From positions 787,716-819,715 of the forward strand of contig NZ_CP013187.1 of NCBI RefSeq assembly GCF_001444405.1: a DNA stretch of 32,000 nt, given 5' to 3'. The notes below the pieces were generated by a model, which was not told where the DNA came from, did no database searches, and was given only the letters and a program-made list of their open reading frames with translations. Made by a program: the position numbers and the translations under genes. This document shows positions 8,507-22,688 of the stretch, piece by piece. This DNA is from Pseudoalteromonas phenolica (GTDB lineage: Bacteria > Pseudomonadota > Gammaproteobacteria > Enterobacterales > Alteromonadaceae). Position 1 is the stretch's first letter. Each line of letters begins with the position of its first letter.

Positions 8507-9633
8507 GCGACCTGTGCTTTGTTAATACCGCTAAATTGCTGACGATATTGGTTGGGCGTAAACCCCGTAAATTGCTTGAACGCGCGAGTAAATGGCCCGA
8601 CAGACGCAAATCCGCTTTCTAGGCCAATCACTAACACCGGCCAATGCGATTTATCACACTCAGAGAGTAGCTGTTTGGCATGCTCGACTCTGAGTTGATT
8701 TATGTACTGGTTAAAGTTTCGAGCACCGAGCCCCTCTTTGAATAGTCGGCTGACCTTATATTCAGGTAAGTCGAGTTGCTTAGCTAAATCACCTACTTTC
8801 AGATTTGCTTGTAGATATAGTTTTTGGTCTATCAATAATTGTTGAATGGTGTCTTTCAACTCAATATCTTGTGACTCTTCGGTTTGCATTACCAAAGAGC
8901 GAGTTTCCATTTGTGTTTCATTTAACTTGGGTTTGAAAGCACTTACTTGCGTTGTGTTTATTGATTTTTTTGGATTGTGACTAGAGCTAGATTTAAAGCG
9001 CCAAAACATCAGTATTTGTGTAACAAGCAGCATAAAAATAGTGATACAGGCGATGATGGCTTCTTTAATATACGGCGTGTCTACAAAGTAGCCTTTGGCG
9101 ACCTTGCTAATGAATACTGCAGAGATGATGGCACACAAATAGAACACACGCTGTTTCTGCTGGGTCTTAGAGGATTGATTAAACCCTCTAAATGCTTCCC
9201 ATATAGATAAAACAATAATTGCAGAAGACAGCAAAATAGTGATTTCTGTGAGTGCATATTTAGCAAAACTGAAGCTACTTGATTCTATGTGCCACAGTTC
9301 TGTGACAAACAAATATCCTTTGCTCATCATCACCAAAACAGCAATGCCAATGGCTAGTGCAATATGTTGTATAGAGATGGCATTATTGCCTCTAAAATAA
9401 CTTCGCACAAACAACCAATAGCAGTTACAGGTCGCACAAGCTCCTAGCCCGACTAGGTATTGGTAAGCTCCCAGACTGTCAGCAGATAATTTTTGTATTA
9501 CGCCCATGGCAACCGAGCCACAAAATACCGCAAATAAAATATGCGTCGTATGCTTGTTTTTTACCCACAATTGAGCGAGTAAGCAGGTTAATGCCACGAA
9601 AAGCTGAATGGAATAAATGTTTGATAAGGTCAT
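8503..9633 (-). CDS. Membrane-anchored AraC/XylS-family transcriptional regulator
   Basis: The N-terminal roughly 210 aa form about 6-7 hydrophobic helices. A Ser/Gln-rich linker follows. The C-terminus is a typical AraC double HTH (VGDLAKQLDLPEYKVSRLFKE...YINQLRVEHAKQLL...IGLESGFASVGPFTRAFKQFTGFTPNQYR). A GGAG RBS lies upstream of the ATG at 9633. Confidence 0.85.
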   Translation of the reverse strand: MTLSNIYSIQLFVALTCLLAQLWVKNKHTTHILFAVFCGSVAMGVIQKLSADSLGAYQYLVGLGACATCNCYWLFVRSYFRGNNAISIQHIALAIGIAVLVMMSKGYLFVTELWHIESSSFSFAKYALTEITILLSSAIIVLSIWEAFRGFNQSSKTQQKQRVFYLCAIISAVFISKVAKGYFVDTPYIKEAIIACITIFMLLVTQILMFWRFKSSSSHNPKKSINTTQVSAFKPKLNETQMETRSLVMQTEESQDIELKDTIQQLLIDQKLYLQANLKVGDLAKQLDLPEYKVSRLFKEGLGARNFNQYINQLRVEHAKQLLSECDKSHWPVLVIGLESGFASVGPFTRAFKQFTGFTPNQYRQQFSGINKAQVA

Positions 9634-9908
9634 CAGGGGCGCTCCAAAGTAACACCGCAGAGTTTATCTAATCGTTTGTTCTCTCTCAATTGTGTGTTTG
9701 TAAGAAAGCGTGTCGTATTTTATTAGGTAATGAGGTGAGTAAAAAAGTTAGCTTTAATTTCATGTTGTTACATAGCTTTTAGATTCTGTTTATCAAAATT
9801 TAAAAAGCGCAAACTGCTAAAATCATAGGCCGATTTTAAAATTCGGTGCGATCCTATTTCACACCAATGTCAAGCTGTTTACATCAACATTAGAGTAAGG
9901 AGCTTGTT

Positions 9909-10757
9909 ATGGAACAGCTAACCGTTAATCAAAAAAATATCTGGGGTATGTCAGCCGATTCTGCACTTAAAAAGGCGGTGACTAGTTGGGTCAGTATTGT
10001 ATTAGTCGGGCAATGGGCGTTTGCCGTTTATATTCTCAGTTTGTATGCCATCCCTTTATTAATAGGGGCCGTGCATCAGGCAGATGAAATCTCTCCTGCA
10101 AGAGGGTTTGATACCAGTGCGGGTTTTGATTCCATCATGTTTTTTAGCCATATTTTGCCTGCGGCGATTATGGCAAGCAGTGGTTTGCTACAAATTATTC
10201 CAAAAATACGCAAAACCTACCCTAAGTTTCACCGTTGGAATGGTCGAGTATTTTTTGCTCTAGGCCTGTCTGGTGCTGTTACGGGACTGTATTTAACTTG
10301 GGGGGCAGGCATTCGCTTTAGTGACATAGGTGCGTTAGGTGTCACACTAAATGGCGTACTTATATTAGTCGCAATATTCTTTGCTTGGAAAACCGCAGTT
10401 AAAAAGCAATTTGTTCAGCATCAGCGCTGGGCGGTGCATGCCTTCATTTTAGTGAATGGCGTATGGACGTTCCGCTTGTTTTTAATGGGCTGGTATTTAG
10501 TTAACCAAGGCCAAAACGGCAATAACAATAACCTAGATGGCCCTATGGATCTAACAATATCTTTTGCTTGTTACTTGTTGCCTATGTTGTTTGCTGAACT
10601 TATCTTTTGGGCTAAGCGCAGTAAAACCGAAAACGTAAAATGGCTAGCTGCGATGACAACTTCTATTGCAGCCGTGATCACCTTAATTGGTGTAATCGCA
10701 GCAGCTATGATGATGTGGGGACCAAGGCTGTCTATGGTATTTTCAACAATTTTTTAA
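9909..10757 (+). CDS. Polytopic inner-membrane protein of unknown function (possibly DUF2306-like)
   Basis: A strong TAAGGAG RBS sits 6 nt before the ATG at 9909. There are 6-7 predicted TM segments. The KFHRWNGRVFF motif resembles what I recall of DUF2306, but that family call is tentative. Confidence 0.7.
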   Translation: MEQLTVNQKNIWGMSADSALKKAVTSWVSIVLVGQWAFAVYILSLYAIPLLIGAVHQADEISPARGFDTSAGFDSIMFFSHILPAAIMASSGLLQIIPKIRKTYPKFHRWNGRVFFALGLSGAVTGLYLTWGAGIRFSDIGALGVTLNGVLILVAIFFAWKTAVKKQFVQHQRWAVHAFILVNGVWTFRLFLMGWYLVNQGQNGNNNNLDGPMDLTISFACYLLPMLFAELIFWAKRSKTENVKWLAAMTTSIAAVITLIGVIAAAMMMWGPRLSMVFSTIF

Positions 10758-10789
10758 AAATTTATTTTTAAATACTGTAACTTGATAAG

Positions 10790-10825
10790 TTAAATCTATT
10801 AATTTGTATTGATTAATAGATTTAA
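10790..10825. terminator. AT-rich bidirectional hairpin between convergent genes
   Basis: TTAAATCTATTAAT (10790-10803) and ATTAATAGATTTAA (10812-10825) form a 14-bp perfect inverted repeat with an 8-nt loop. Confidence 0.55.
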
Positions 10826-10838
10826 TTTATTGTTATCG

Positions 10839-11681
10839 CTATCCTCGAATAAAAGGAAAAAGCTGCAAGGCATCTTCAATGATCTGCTTCTTATGGTTCT
10901 TCTCTAAGAAAATGGCATAAACGTCGCGGTAATAAGTGGGTGCTTCAGGCACTAAATAGAGCTTTTGTTTTCTGAGCTCTGTAAAGCACATTTGATTAGG
11001 CAAATAGGCTGCACCACCGGCTTCAAGTATAAAATTCATAGCAATACGCGGTTGGTTCATATGATGGCGGGTATTCAGTGCATCACCAAAGTCTTTTAGT
11101 ACTTGGTTATTAATGGATTCGCCGTAGTCTACCATGACCCAATTTTCTAATTCTTCAATGCTGTCTGCAGCCTGAGTGGATACTAGTTTAAGGGGAATTG
11201 TAGCCACTTTTTTGGCTTCGATGTCATCAATAAAAGGCGGCTCAAATAAGAAAGCAATATCAACCATGCGATTTTGCACTTGTTTGCGTAACTCAAGCGG
11301 TGAATAGGTTTGCGTGAATAGGTTAACGTCGTCTAGATTACGATGAATTTTTTGTAGCCAGTCATGTAAGACCATATCCCAAATCGACATCATGGCACCC
11401 ACAAACAATTGAGTTGAACTGGCATCGCCAACCCCGACATCTTGCTTGACCTTTTGCCACATAGTAAGAATTTCGTTGGCGTGCTTCACCAGTTTATGGC
11501 CTTCGGCAGTGAGCTTTAAGCGTTTGTTTGCCCTATCAAAAAGCAACACACCAAGATCTTCTTCTAATAGTTTAATGCGTGCACTGACTGCAGCCTGAGT
11601 CACAAATAAATTTTCAGCTGCCACTCTAAAGTGCAATGTTCGGCTCACTTCTAAAAATGTCATTAGCAGTTCAGTGCGCAT
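10839..11681 (-). CDS. LysR-family transcriptional regulator
   Basis: The N-terminal wHTH is MRTELLMTFLEVSRTLHFRVAAENLFVTQAAVSARIKLLEEDLGVLLFDR. The gene is divergent from rimK. A GAGAG RBS is present. Confidence 0.9.
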   Translation of the reverse strand: MRTELLMTFLEVSRTLHFRVAAENLFVTQAAVSARIKLLEEDLGVLLFDRANKRLKLTAEGHKLVKHANEILTMWQKVKQDVGVGDASSTQLFVGAMMSIWDMVLHDWLQKIHRNLDDVNLFTQTYSPLELRKQVQNRMVDIAFLFEPPFIDDIEAKKVATIPLKLVSTQAADSIEELENWVMVDYGESINNQVLKDFGDALNTRHHMNQPRIAMNFILEAGGAAYLPNQMCFTELRKQKLYLVPEAPTYYRDVYAIFLEKNHKKQIIEDALQLFPFIRG

Positions 11682-11701
11682 GGTTTCTCTCGGTTTTATT
11701 G

Positions 11702-11715
11702 ATAAAAATTTTTAT
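11702..11715. promoter_or_regulatory. Perfect 14-bp AT palindrome in the lysR/rimK divergent control region (candidate LysR-type site)
   Basis: ATAAAAATTTTTAT is its own reverse complement. It lies 21 bp upstream of the LysR start and about 100 bp upstream of rimK. Its function is inferred only from position. Confidence 0.3.
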
Positions 11716-11813
11716 TTAATAAGGTTATTTTATTTAGTTTTTCTTTTCAAATTGTTTGTCCTACATTTGCTCCCGTATTCACACACTGACATTTAACTTT
11801 TTTGGAAAAGAAC

Positions 11814-12719
11814 ATGAAAATTGCCATTCTTTCTTGTGGACCTGAACTTTACTCTACTAAGCGTTTATTAGAGTCGGGACTTGCTCGTGGGCATGAGGTC
11901 GACGTTATCGACACATTACATTGCTACATGGATATCACCAGTAGCCGCCCAACAGTGCGTTACCACGGTGAAGAATTACCAAAATACGATGCGATTATTC
12001 CACGTATTGGTTCATCAATTACGTTTTACGGCACAGCAGTTGCGCGCCAGTTTGAAATGATGGGTACATTTAACGTGAACGAGTCGGTGGCAATTAGCCG
12101 TTCGAGAGACAAGCTACGTTCACTACAATTGTTATCGCGTCGTGGTATTGGCTTGCCGCGTACTGGCTTTGCAAGTAAGCCTGACAACATTAAAGACCTA
12201 ATCAAAAATGTGGGTGGCGCGCCACTGGTGATTAAATTACTTGAAGGTACGCAAGGCATTGGTGTTGTGTTAGCGGATACGTCAAAGGCAGCAGAAAGCA
12301 TCATCGAAGCTTTTATGGGTCTAAAAGCCAATATTTTAGTTCAGGAATATATTAAAGAAGCGGGCGGTGCAGACATTCGTTGTTTAGTGGTTGGCGGTAA
12401 AGTCGTTGCGGCAATGAAGCGTCAGGCAGCTGAAGGTGAGTTTCGTTCAAACTTACATCGTGGTGGCTGCGCAGAAATTGTAAAGCTCAGCAAAGAAGAG
12501 CGTGAAACCGCAGTACGTGCCGCGAAAGTGATGGGTTTGAATTTCTGTGGCGTTGACTTACTTCGCTCGCACAATGGCCCTATGGTGATGGAGGTAAATT
12601 CATCGCCAGGTCTTGAAGGCATCGAAAAAGCAACGGGTTTAGATGTAGCAGCTAAACTCTATGAGTTTATTGAGAAAAAGAATGACGTGTCACCGCCAAG
12701 AAAATTAGCGGTGGGGTGA
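11814..12719 (+). CDS. rimK: Ribosomal protein S6 L-glutamate ligase RimK (ATP-grasp)
   Basis: From MKIAILS the protein is colinear with E. coli RimK across the full length ([97 protein letters not shown]). The track start at 11802 is TTG. The ATG at 11814 matches the E. coli N-terminus. Confidence 0.93.
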   Translation: MKIAILSCGPELYSTKRLLESGLARGHEVDVIDTLHCYMDITSSRPTVRYHGEELPKYDAIIPRIGSSITFYGTAVARQFEMMGTFNVNESVAISRSRDKLRSLQLLSRRGIGLPRTGFASKPDNIKDLIKNVGGAPLVIKLLEGTQGIGVVLADTSKAAESIIEAFMGLKANILVQEYIKEAGGADIRCLVVGGKVVAAMKRQAAEGEFRSNLHRGGCAEIVKLSKEERETAVRAAKVMGLNFCGVDLLRSHNGPMVMEVNSSPGLEGIEKATGLDVAAKLYEFIEKKNDVSPPRKLAVG

Positions 12720-12732
12720 GGAGTCTAAATTA

Positions 12733-13767
12733 ATGGCATTACCTGAAGACATTGTAATTGGTGAGCACCGTATTAAAGCGGGGCAGAGTGCAAAAGTCAT
12801 GCTGCCAGTGGCCAAGTTGTATACCGATGCGGAAGTTTCTCTTCCTGTTTTTATCAGTCGCTCTAAAAAAGCGGGGCCAACGGTATTAATTTGCGCAGCG
12901 GTACATGGTGATGAACTGAACGGTATTGAAATTATTCATCGCTTAATTCGCGACAAAAAGCTTAAGCCATCGTGCGGTACTGTGATTGCAGTACCCATGG
13001 TAAACGTGTACGGCGTAATAAACCAAAGCCGCTATTTACCAGATAGACGCGATTTAAATCGCAGCTTTCCGGGATCTGCAAAAGGCTCATTAGCATCGAG
13101 ATTGGCGAATATTTTCTTAAATCAATGTGTGTTGCATTGTGACTATGGCATCGACTTGCACACTGGTGCGATTCATCGCTCTAATTTGCCACAGATCAGA
13201 GCAAATTTAGACGAGGCAGATTTAAGTGGGTTAGCCAATGCGTTTGGTGCGCCTGTGGTGATCAATACCGCAAATCCGAAAGGCTCTTTGCGAGAAGCTG
13301 CGGCAAAGTCAGGCACCAAAATCATGGTATATGAAGCGGGTGAGGCGCTGCGCACCGATGAGTTTTCTGTGCATATTGGCTACCGCGGGGTGCTAAATGT
13401 GCTGCGGGCTTTAAACATGTTGCCAAAATCGCGTAAGAAGAAAAGTAGCACCTTACCGTTTATTGCACATAGTTCTGATTGGATCAGAGCGACAGCCAGC
13501 GGCTTTGTATCGCATAAGCTTGAACTGGGTGAGCAGGTTGAGAAAGGCACGGTTCTGGCCGATGTGGTTGACCCCTTTGGTGAAGTGTTAGCGCAAGTAA
13601 AAGCGCCTCGTAAGGGCATCATCATCGGTAAGCAAAATATTCCTTTAGTACAGGAGGGAGAGGCTATGTACCACATAGGCTATTTTAGCGCTGATGAAGC
13701 AGAAATTTCTCAACATATCGACAATGAAGAAAATGCCATTGTTGATGGTGAAAGCGAGGCGCGCTAG
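12733..13767 (+). CDS. Succinylglutamate desuccinylase/aspartoacylase (AstE/AspA) family zinc hydrolase, M14-carboxypeptidase-like
   Basis: The zinc/catalytic signature of the family is present: AAVHGDELNG (HxxE), GIDLHTGA (second His) and VYEAGEAL (catalytic Glu). A GAGGAG RBS is present. The gene starts 13 nt after the rimK stop. Confidence 0.8.
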   Translation: MALPEDIVIGEHRIKAGQSAKVMLPVAKLYTDAEVSLPVFISRSKKAGPTVLICAAVHGDELNGIEIIHRLIRDKKLKPSCGTVIAVPMVNVYGVINQSRYLPDRRDLNRSFPGSAKGSLASRLANIFLNQCVLHCDYGIDLHTGAIHRSNLPQIRANLDEADLSGLANAFGAPVVINTANPKGSLREAAAKSGTKIMVYEAGEALRTDEFSVHIGYRGVLNVLRALNMLPKSRKKKSSTLPFIAHSSDWIRATASGFVSHKLELGEQVEKGTVLADVVDPFGEVLAQVKAPRKGIIIGKQNIPLVQEGEAMYHIGYFSADEAEISQHIDNEENAIVDGESEAR

Positions 13768-13786
13768 TGCGCCTTTGGAGTTAAGT

Positions 13787-14926
13787 ATGTTAACTGTTGA
13801 ACAAAATGCGAAGTTGCAAAGCTTAGATCTGGCGTTGCATGCCATGGTACAAGGAATAGATATACTTGATTCCGTTGCACCAATTAACTACCAAGAAGAA
13901 AGAGCAAGATTCTTTGCAGGTAATGCGACCGAGAACCCGAACTTCTTATATAAAGAAAATCAGTTCAATGTGTTTGCTAAAAAACGTGAACTCTATCAGT
14001 TGCCGGTGGAAACATTAGAGGATGATGATTTAACGCAGCTTTACAGCGAAGTCATAGAGTCTTATGCCGATAAGCTTGATCAGTTTCGCTCTGTAGGCAG
14101 CGAACAGTTTATGTATGACTCGCTGCGTTATTATGGTGAGCCATCAGATAAAGACATTCGCAACGCTCAGTTTGTGCTGCATGTGCCTGATTCTCTCTCG
14201 AAATCATCAGGGAACTTGCTCAATGCAGATGCGATTGTTGCGCAAATGCATGAGTTTGCGCAGACCCATAGTTATCGCTATGAGTTAGTGGTTGATGGTT
14301 CGATGATCGCCAATGCTTTGGTATCTGGCACTAAGGTGAAGATTAATGCGGCGGCCAGTTTAGGCGAAAAAGAAGTTGCAGCCCTTGCACATCATGAATT
14401 AGGTGTACATTTAGTGACAACCCTGAATGCTCAGACTCAGCCTTTAAAGGTACTCTCTTTGGGGAGCCCAGTGAATACCACAAGCCAAGAAGGCATCGCG
14501 ATTTTATGCGAATTCTTATCGGGCAACTTAACGGTATCGCGTTTAAAAATATTGGCGTTGAGAGTATTGGCGGTGAAATCTATGCTGGATGAGCGCGACT
14601 TCAAACGTACTTACCAGATGTTACTTGAGCAATATAATGTCAGTGAACAGTTGGCGTTTACGATTACAGCACGTGTTTATCGCGGCGGCGGTTTTACCAA
14701 AGATTATTTATATCTAAAAGGTTTCCACCAAATTCTACACGCATATGAAACCCGTGATGACTTTGTAAATTTACTCAGCGGTAAAGTGTCGTTAGAGCAG
14801 TTAGATGTGGTGACGAGTTTAATCAATAAATCGATTTTAAAAGCGCCGAGTTACATTAGCCCAGCCATTGAAAAACCGCAAAAACTAGGCGAAATCGAAC
14901 GTTTCTTATCGCTATCGATTAAATAA
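13787..14926 (+). CDS. DUF1704 / QEGLA-motif protein. This is a putative HExxxH metallocarboxypeptidase of the family also named tyrosine/phenylalanine carboxypeptidase domain (MATCAP-like).
   Basis: It contains HHELGVH (HExxxH) followed about 35 aa later by SQEGIAILCE (the QEG[LI]A motif). I prefer the ATG at 13787, which has GGAG 6 nt upstream, over the track start at 13694, which would overlap the previous gene by 74 nt. Confidence 0.7.
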   Translation: MLTVEQNAKLQSLDLALHAMVQGIDILDSVAPINYQEERARFFAGNATENPNFLYKENQFNVFAKKRELYQLPVETLEDDDLTQLYSEVIESYADKLDQFRSVGSEQFMYDSLRYYGEPSDKDIRNAQFVLHVPDSLSKSSGNLLNADAIVAQMHEFAQTHSYRYELVVDGSMIANALVSGTKVKINAAASLGEKEVAALAHHELGVHLVTTLNAQTQPLKVLSLGSPVNTTSQEGIAILCEFLSGNLTVSRLKILALRVLAVKSMLDERDFKRTYQMLLEQYNVSEQLAFTITARVYRGGGFTKDYLYLKGFHQILHAYETRDDFVNLLSGKVSLEQLDVVTSLINKSILKAPSYISPAIEKPQKLGEIERFLSLSIK

Positions 14927-14949
14927 GTTACGAATTATAGCTAGACATT

Positions 14950-14980
14950 AAAAAGCGATGAATGTGGTCATCGCTTTTTA
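14950..14980 (+). terminator. Rho-independent terminator ending the rimK operon
   Basis: AAAAAGCGATGA / TCATCGCTTTTT has a 6-nt loop (ATGTGG) and a T-run. Confidence 0.8.
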
Positions 14981-15083
14981 AGTTGAGCCAATTATCAATA
15001 AAATTTTAAAACTGATTCAACTTATTAGCTCATTATCAGTTTAAATTAAATGTTCTAAGATGGAATCAGATAACCTTGGAGGC

Positions 15084-15866
15084 ATGATGAAAAAGATATT
15101 GGTGACTGGCGCAACGGGTGGGTTAGGGTTTGCGACTGCTGAGCATTTATTAGCCCTCGGGCATGTTGTACTTTTACATGGTAGGAGTGAGCAAAGTTTA
15201 GCAACTGCTGCTCAAGCATTATCTCAATATAGTGATCAGCTAGAAATATATGCTGCTGACTTGTCTGATTTAGCCCAAGTGAATAATTTTATCGAGCAAG
15301 TAAAAGAGAAGCACACTCAGTTAGATGCGATCATTAATAATGCCGGAGTGCTTAAAACCAATACACCGATATCTTCATCAGGTGTAGATAGCCGGTTTGT
15401 CGTTAACACCATTACACCTTATTTAATTACCCAAAAACTGTTGCCATTGTTGGACGGTGGCAGAGTGATTAACTTGTCTTCAGCAGCACAAAGTCCTGTT
15501 GATATTAGAGGGTTATCAGGTGAGCTTCAATATAGTGATGCTATGACTGCATATGCACAAAGCAAGTTGGCAATTACGGCTTGGACTTTATATATGGCTG
15601 AAGAAATAAAGCAGACGCAATTTATACCCGTAAACCCAGGGTCACTACTCGCAACGAGTATGGTTAAATCTGGGTTCGGCATTGAAGGTAAAGACATTCG
15701 AAAGTCAGTAAAGTTATTGGCTGATTTAGCGGTATCAAAAGATTTCGACGGAGAAAGTGGTCGGTACTTTGATAATGACGTAGGCGCTTTTGGAGCCCCT
15801 CATCCTGATGCTCAAAACACTAATTTTCAAGCTGAGCTAATTAAAAATCTAGCTCGATTTCACTAA
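15084..15866 (+). CDS. Short-chain dehydrogenase/reductase (classical SDR)
   Basis: It has the TGATGGLG cofactor motif, NNAG, and the catalytic YAQSK (YxxxK). GGAGG lies immediately upstream of the tandem ATGs at 15084 and 15087, so the exact start is uncertain by one codon. The track start at 15060 is less likely. Confidence 0.85.
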   Translation: MMKKILVTGATGGLGFATAEHLLALGHVVLLHGRSEQSLATAAQALSQYSDQLEIYAADLSDLAQVNNFIEQVKEKHTQLDAIINNAGVLKTNTPISSSGVDSRFVVNTITPYLITQKLLPLLDGGRVINLSSAAQSPVDIRGLSGELQYSDAMTAYAQSKLAITAWTLYMAEEIKQTQFIPVNPGSLLATSMVKSGFGIEGKDIRKSVKLLADLAVSKDFDGESGRYFDNDVGAFGAPHPDAQNTNFQAELIKNLARFH

Positions 15867-15867
15867 G

Positions 15868-15893
15868 AAAATGGCGCTATTAAGCGCCATTTT
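15868..15893. terminator. Bidirectional rho-independent terminator (SDR / ygjK convergent pair)
   Basis: AAAATGGCGCT atta AGCGCCATTTT is an 11-bp stem with a 4-nt loop and A/T runs on both sides. Confidence 0.8.
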
Positions 15894-15897
15894 CATT

Positions 15898-21531
<5,634 letters not shown>

Positions 21532-21554
21532 CTAGCTAGCCTTAAGGTTAAAGT

Positions 21555-22607
21555 TTAATTTTGCCGCTCAGTTTGGTTTTCATTTAGGCTCTGTTTTGAA
21601 GCCGCTATTGGCGCAAATGCCGTTGATTGTCGCTCGACTAATGTTGGCTGATAGCGATGCGAATGTGCTGTTTTATCTAACTGAGTGTGCTTATTAATGG
21701 CCAGCAGTGCTGCGTGTTTGGCGATGGCTTCGACAGGGTAGTGCAAGGTGGTGAGCTTAGGTCTGCTGTAATGAGCAAGGCAAATGTCATCAAAGCCAAT
21801 CACCGAAATATCGTCTGGCACTTTAAAGCCCGCTTCTTCTAACGCTGAAATTGCACCAATTGCCATGGCATCGTTGTAGGCGAAAAGTGCCGTAAATACT
21901 TGCTGGTTTTTGAGTAAAGTATTGGCTGCTAGCTCGCCACCGAGTTGATCTGGTGCGCCATAAACAACTTGATCTTCAGTTAATGTAAGTGCTTGCTTAT
22001 ATAAAGCCGAATTGAACCCTGATAGCCTGTGTTTGGGATCTTGAATTGGCAGCTCACTCATAATGCTCGCAAAACGGCTGTGGCCTAAGGCGAGTAGGTG
22101 CTCAGCGGCCAATTGGCCACCAAGTTCATCATCTAGGTAAATACAGTTCTCGGCTATTTCTGGAATATTTCGTGCCACCACGACCACGTTTGAATAGCGC
22201 TCTACGATATCGATTAATGCGCTGTCGGCTAAATGTGTACAGTACAAAATTATGCCATCACAGCGACGTTGTAATAATGAATCAATGGCTTGTTGTTCTG
22301 AGTCACTACTGTTTTGGGCGGTACACAGCAGTACTTGGCTTTGATGCTGACGGGCTATGCTATCGACGCCTTTTGCTAAGCAGGCAAAAAATGGATCGCT
22401 GATGTCGGGCACCACTAAGCCGAGTGTGGCTGTCTTTTGTGTGGAGAGTGCGCGTGCATTGACGTTTACCTGATAACCTAAGGATTTCATCACCATGAGT
22501 ACATGCTCGCGGGTTTTGTCTCTTACTTTGTCATCTTGGTTTATCACGCGAGACACGGTGGCAATAGATACCTTGGCTTCTCGGGCAACGTCTTTAATGG
22601 TGGCCAT
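21555..22607 (-). CDS. galR: LacI-family galactose repressor GalR
   Basis: MATIKDVAREAKVSIATVSRVIN...NARALS...GLVV.D.SDPFF is near-identical in pattern to the N-terminus of E. coli GalR and colinear after it. A GalR-type operator lies in the adjacent intergenic region. Confidence 0.88.
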   Translation of the reverse strand: MATIKDVAREAKVSIATVSRVINQDDKVRDKTREHVLMVMKSLGYQVNVNARALSTQKTATLGLVVPDISDPFFACLAKGVDSIARQHQSQVLLCTAQNSSDSEQQAIDSLLQRRCDGIILYCTHLADSALIDIVERYSNVVVVARNIPEIAENCIYLDDELGGQLAAEHLLALGHSRFASIMSELPIQDPKHRLSGFNSALYKQALTLTEDQVVYGAPDQLGGELAANTLLKNQQVFTALFAYNDAMAIGAISALEEAGFKVPDDISVIGFDDICLAHYSRPKLTTLHYPVEAIAKHAALLAINKHTQLDKTAHSHRYQPTLVERQSTAFAPIAASKQSLNENQTERQN

Positions 22608-22663
22608 GTTTTTTCGCTTAAAAAAGGCTTAATTCTGAGCGATGGTAGCAGAGTGATTTTTTT

Positions 22664-22677
22664 AAGTAAATTTACTT
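22664..22677. promoter_or_regulatory. Perfect 14-bp palindrome AAGTAAATTTACTT (candidate second operator, or a site for another factor)
   Basis: The sequence is self-complementary. It shares GTAAA/TTTAC arms with the operator 25 bp to its right but lacks the central CG. Confidence 0.35.
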
Positions 22678-22688
22678 GCTAAAAAAAA

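Noticed and set aside
13694-13786. 5' extensions of several track ORFs: 13694 (DUF1704 gene), 21507 (lacZ), 22707 (galT), 11802 (rimK), 31091 (gmhA), 5590 (VOC), 4653 (mscS), and 3670 and 29471 (TTG-GTT-ATG)
   Set aside because: The extensions start at TTG or at RBS-less codons, overlap upstream genes or promoters, or add residues absent from well-known orthologs. Internal ATGs with Shine-Dalgarno sequences fit better.
12026-13845. Minus-strand track ORFs 12026..12331, 12422..12622, 13173..13355, 13380..13676 and 13645..13845
   Set aside because: These are antisense shadows of rimK, the AstE/AspA-like gene and the DUF1704 gene. Their translations are Ser/Pro/Ala/Arg-rich, have no recognisable motifs and lack start contexts.
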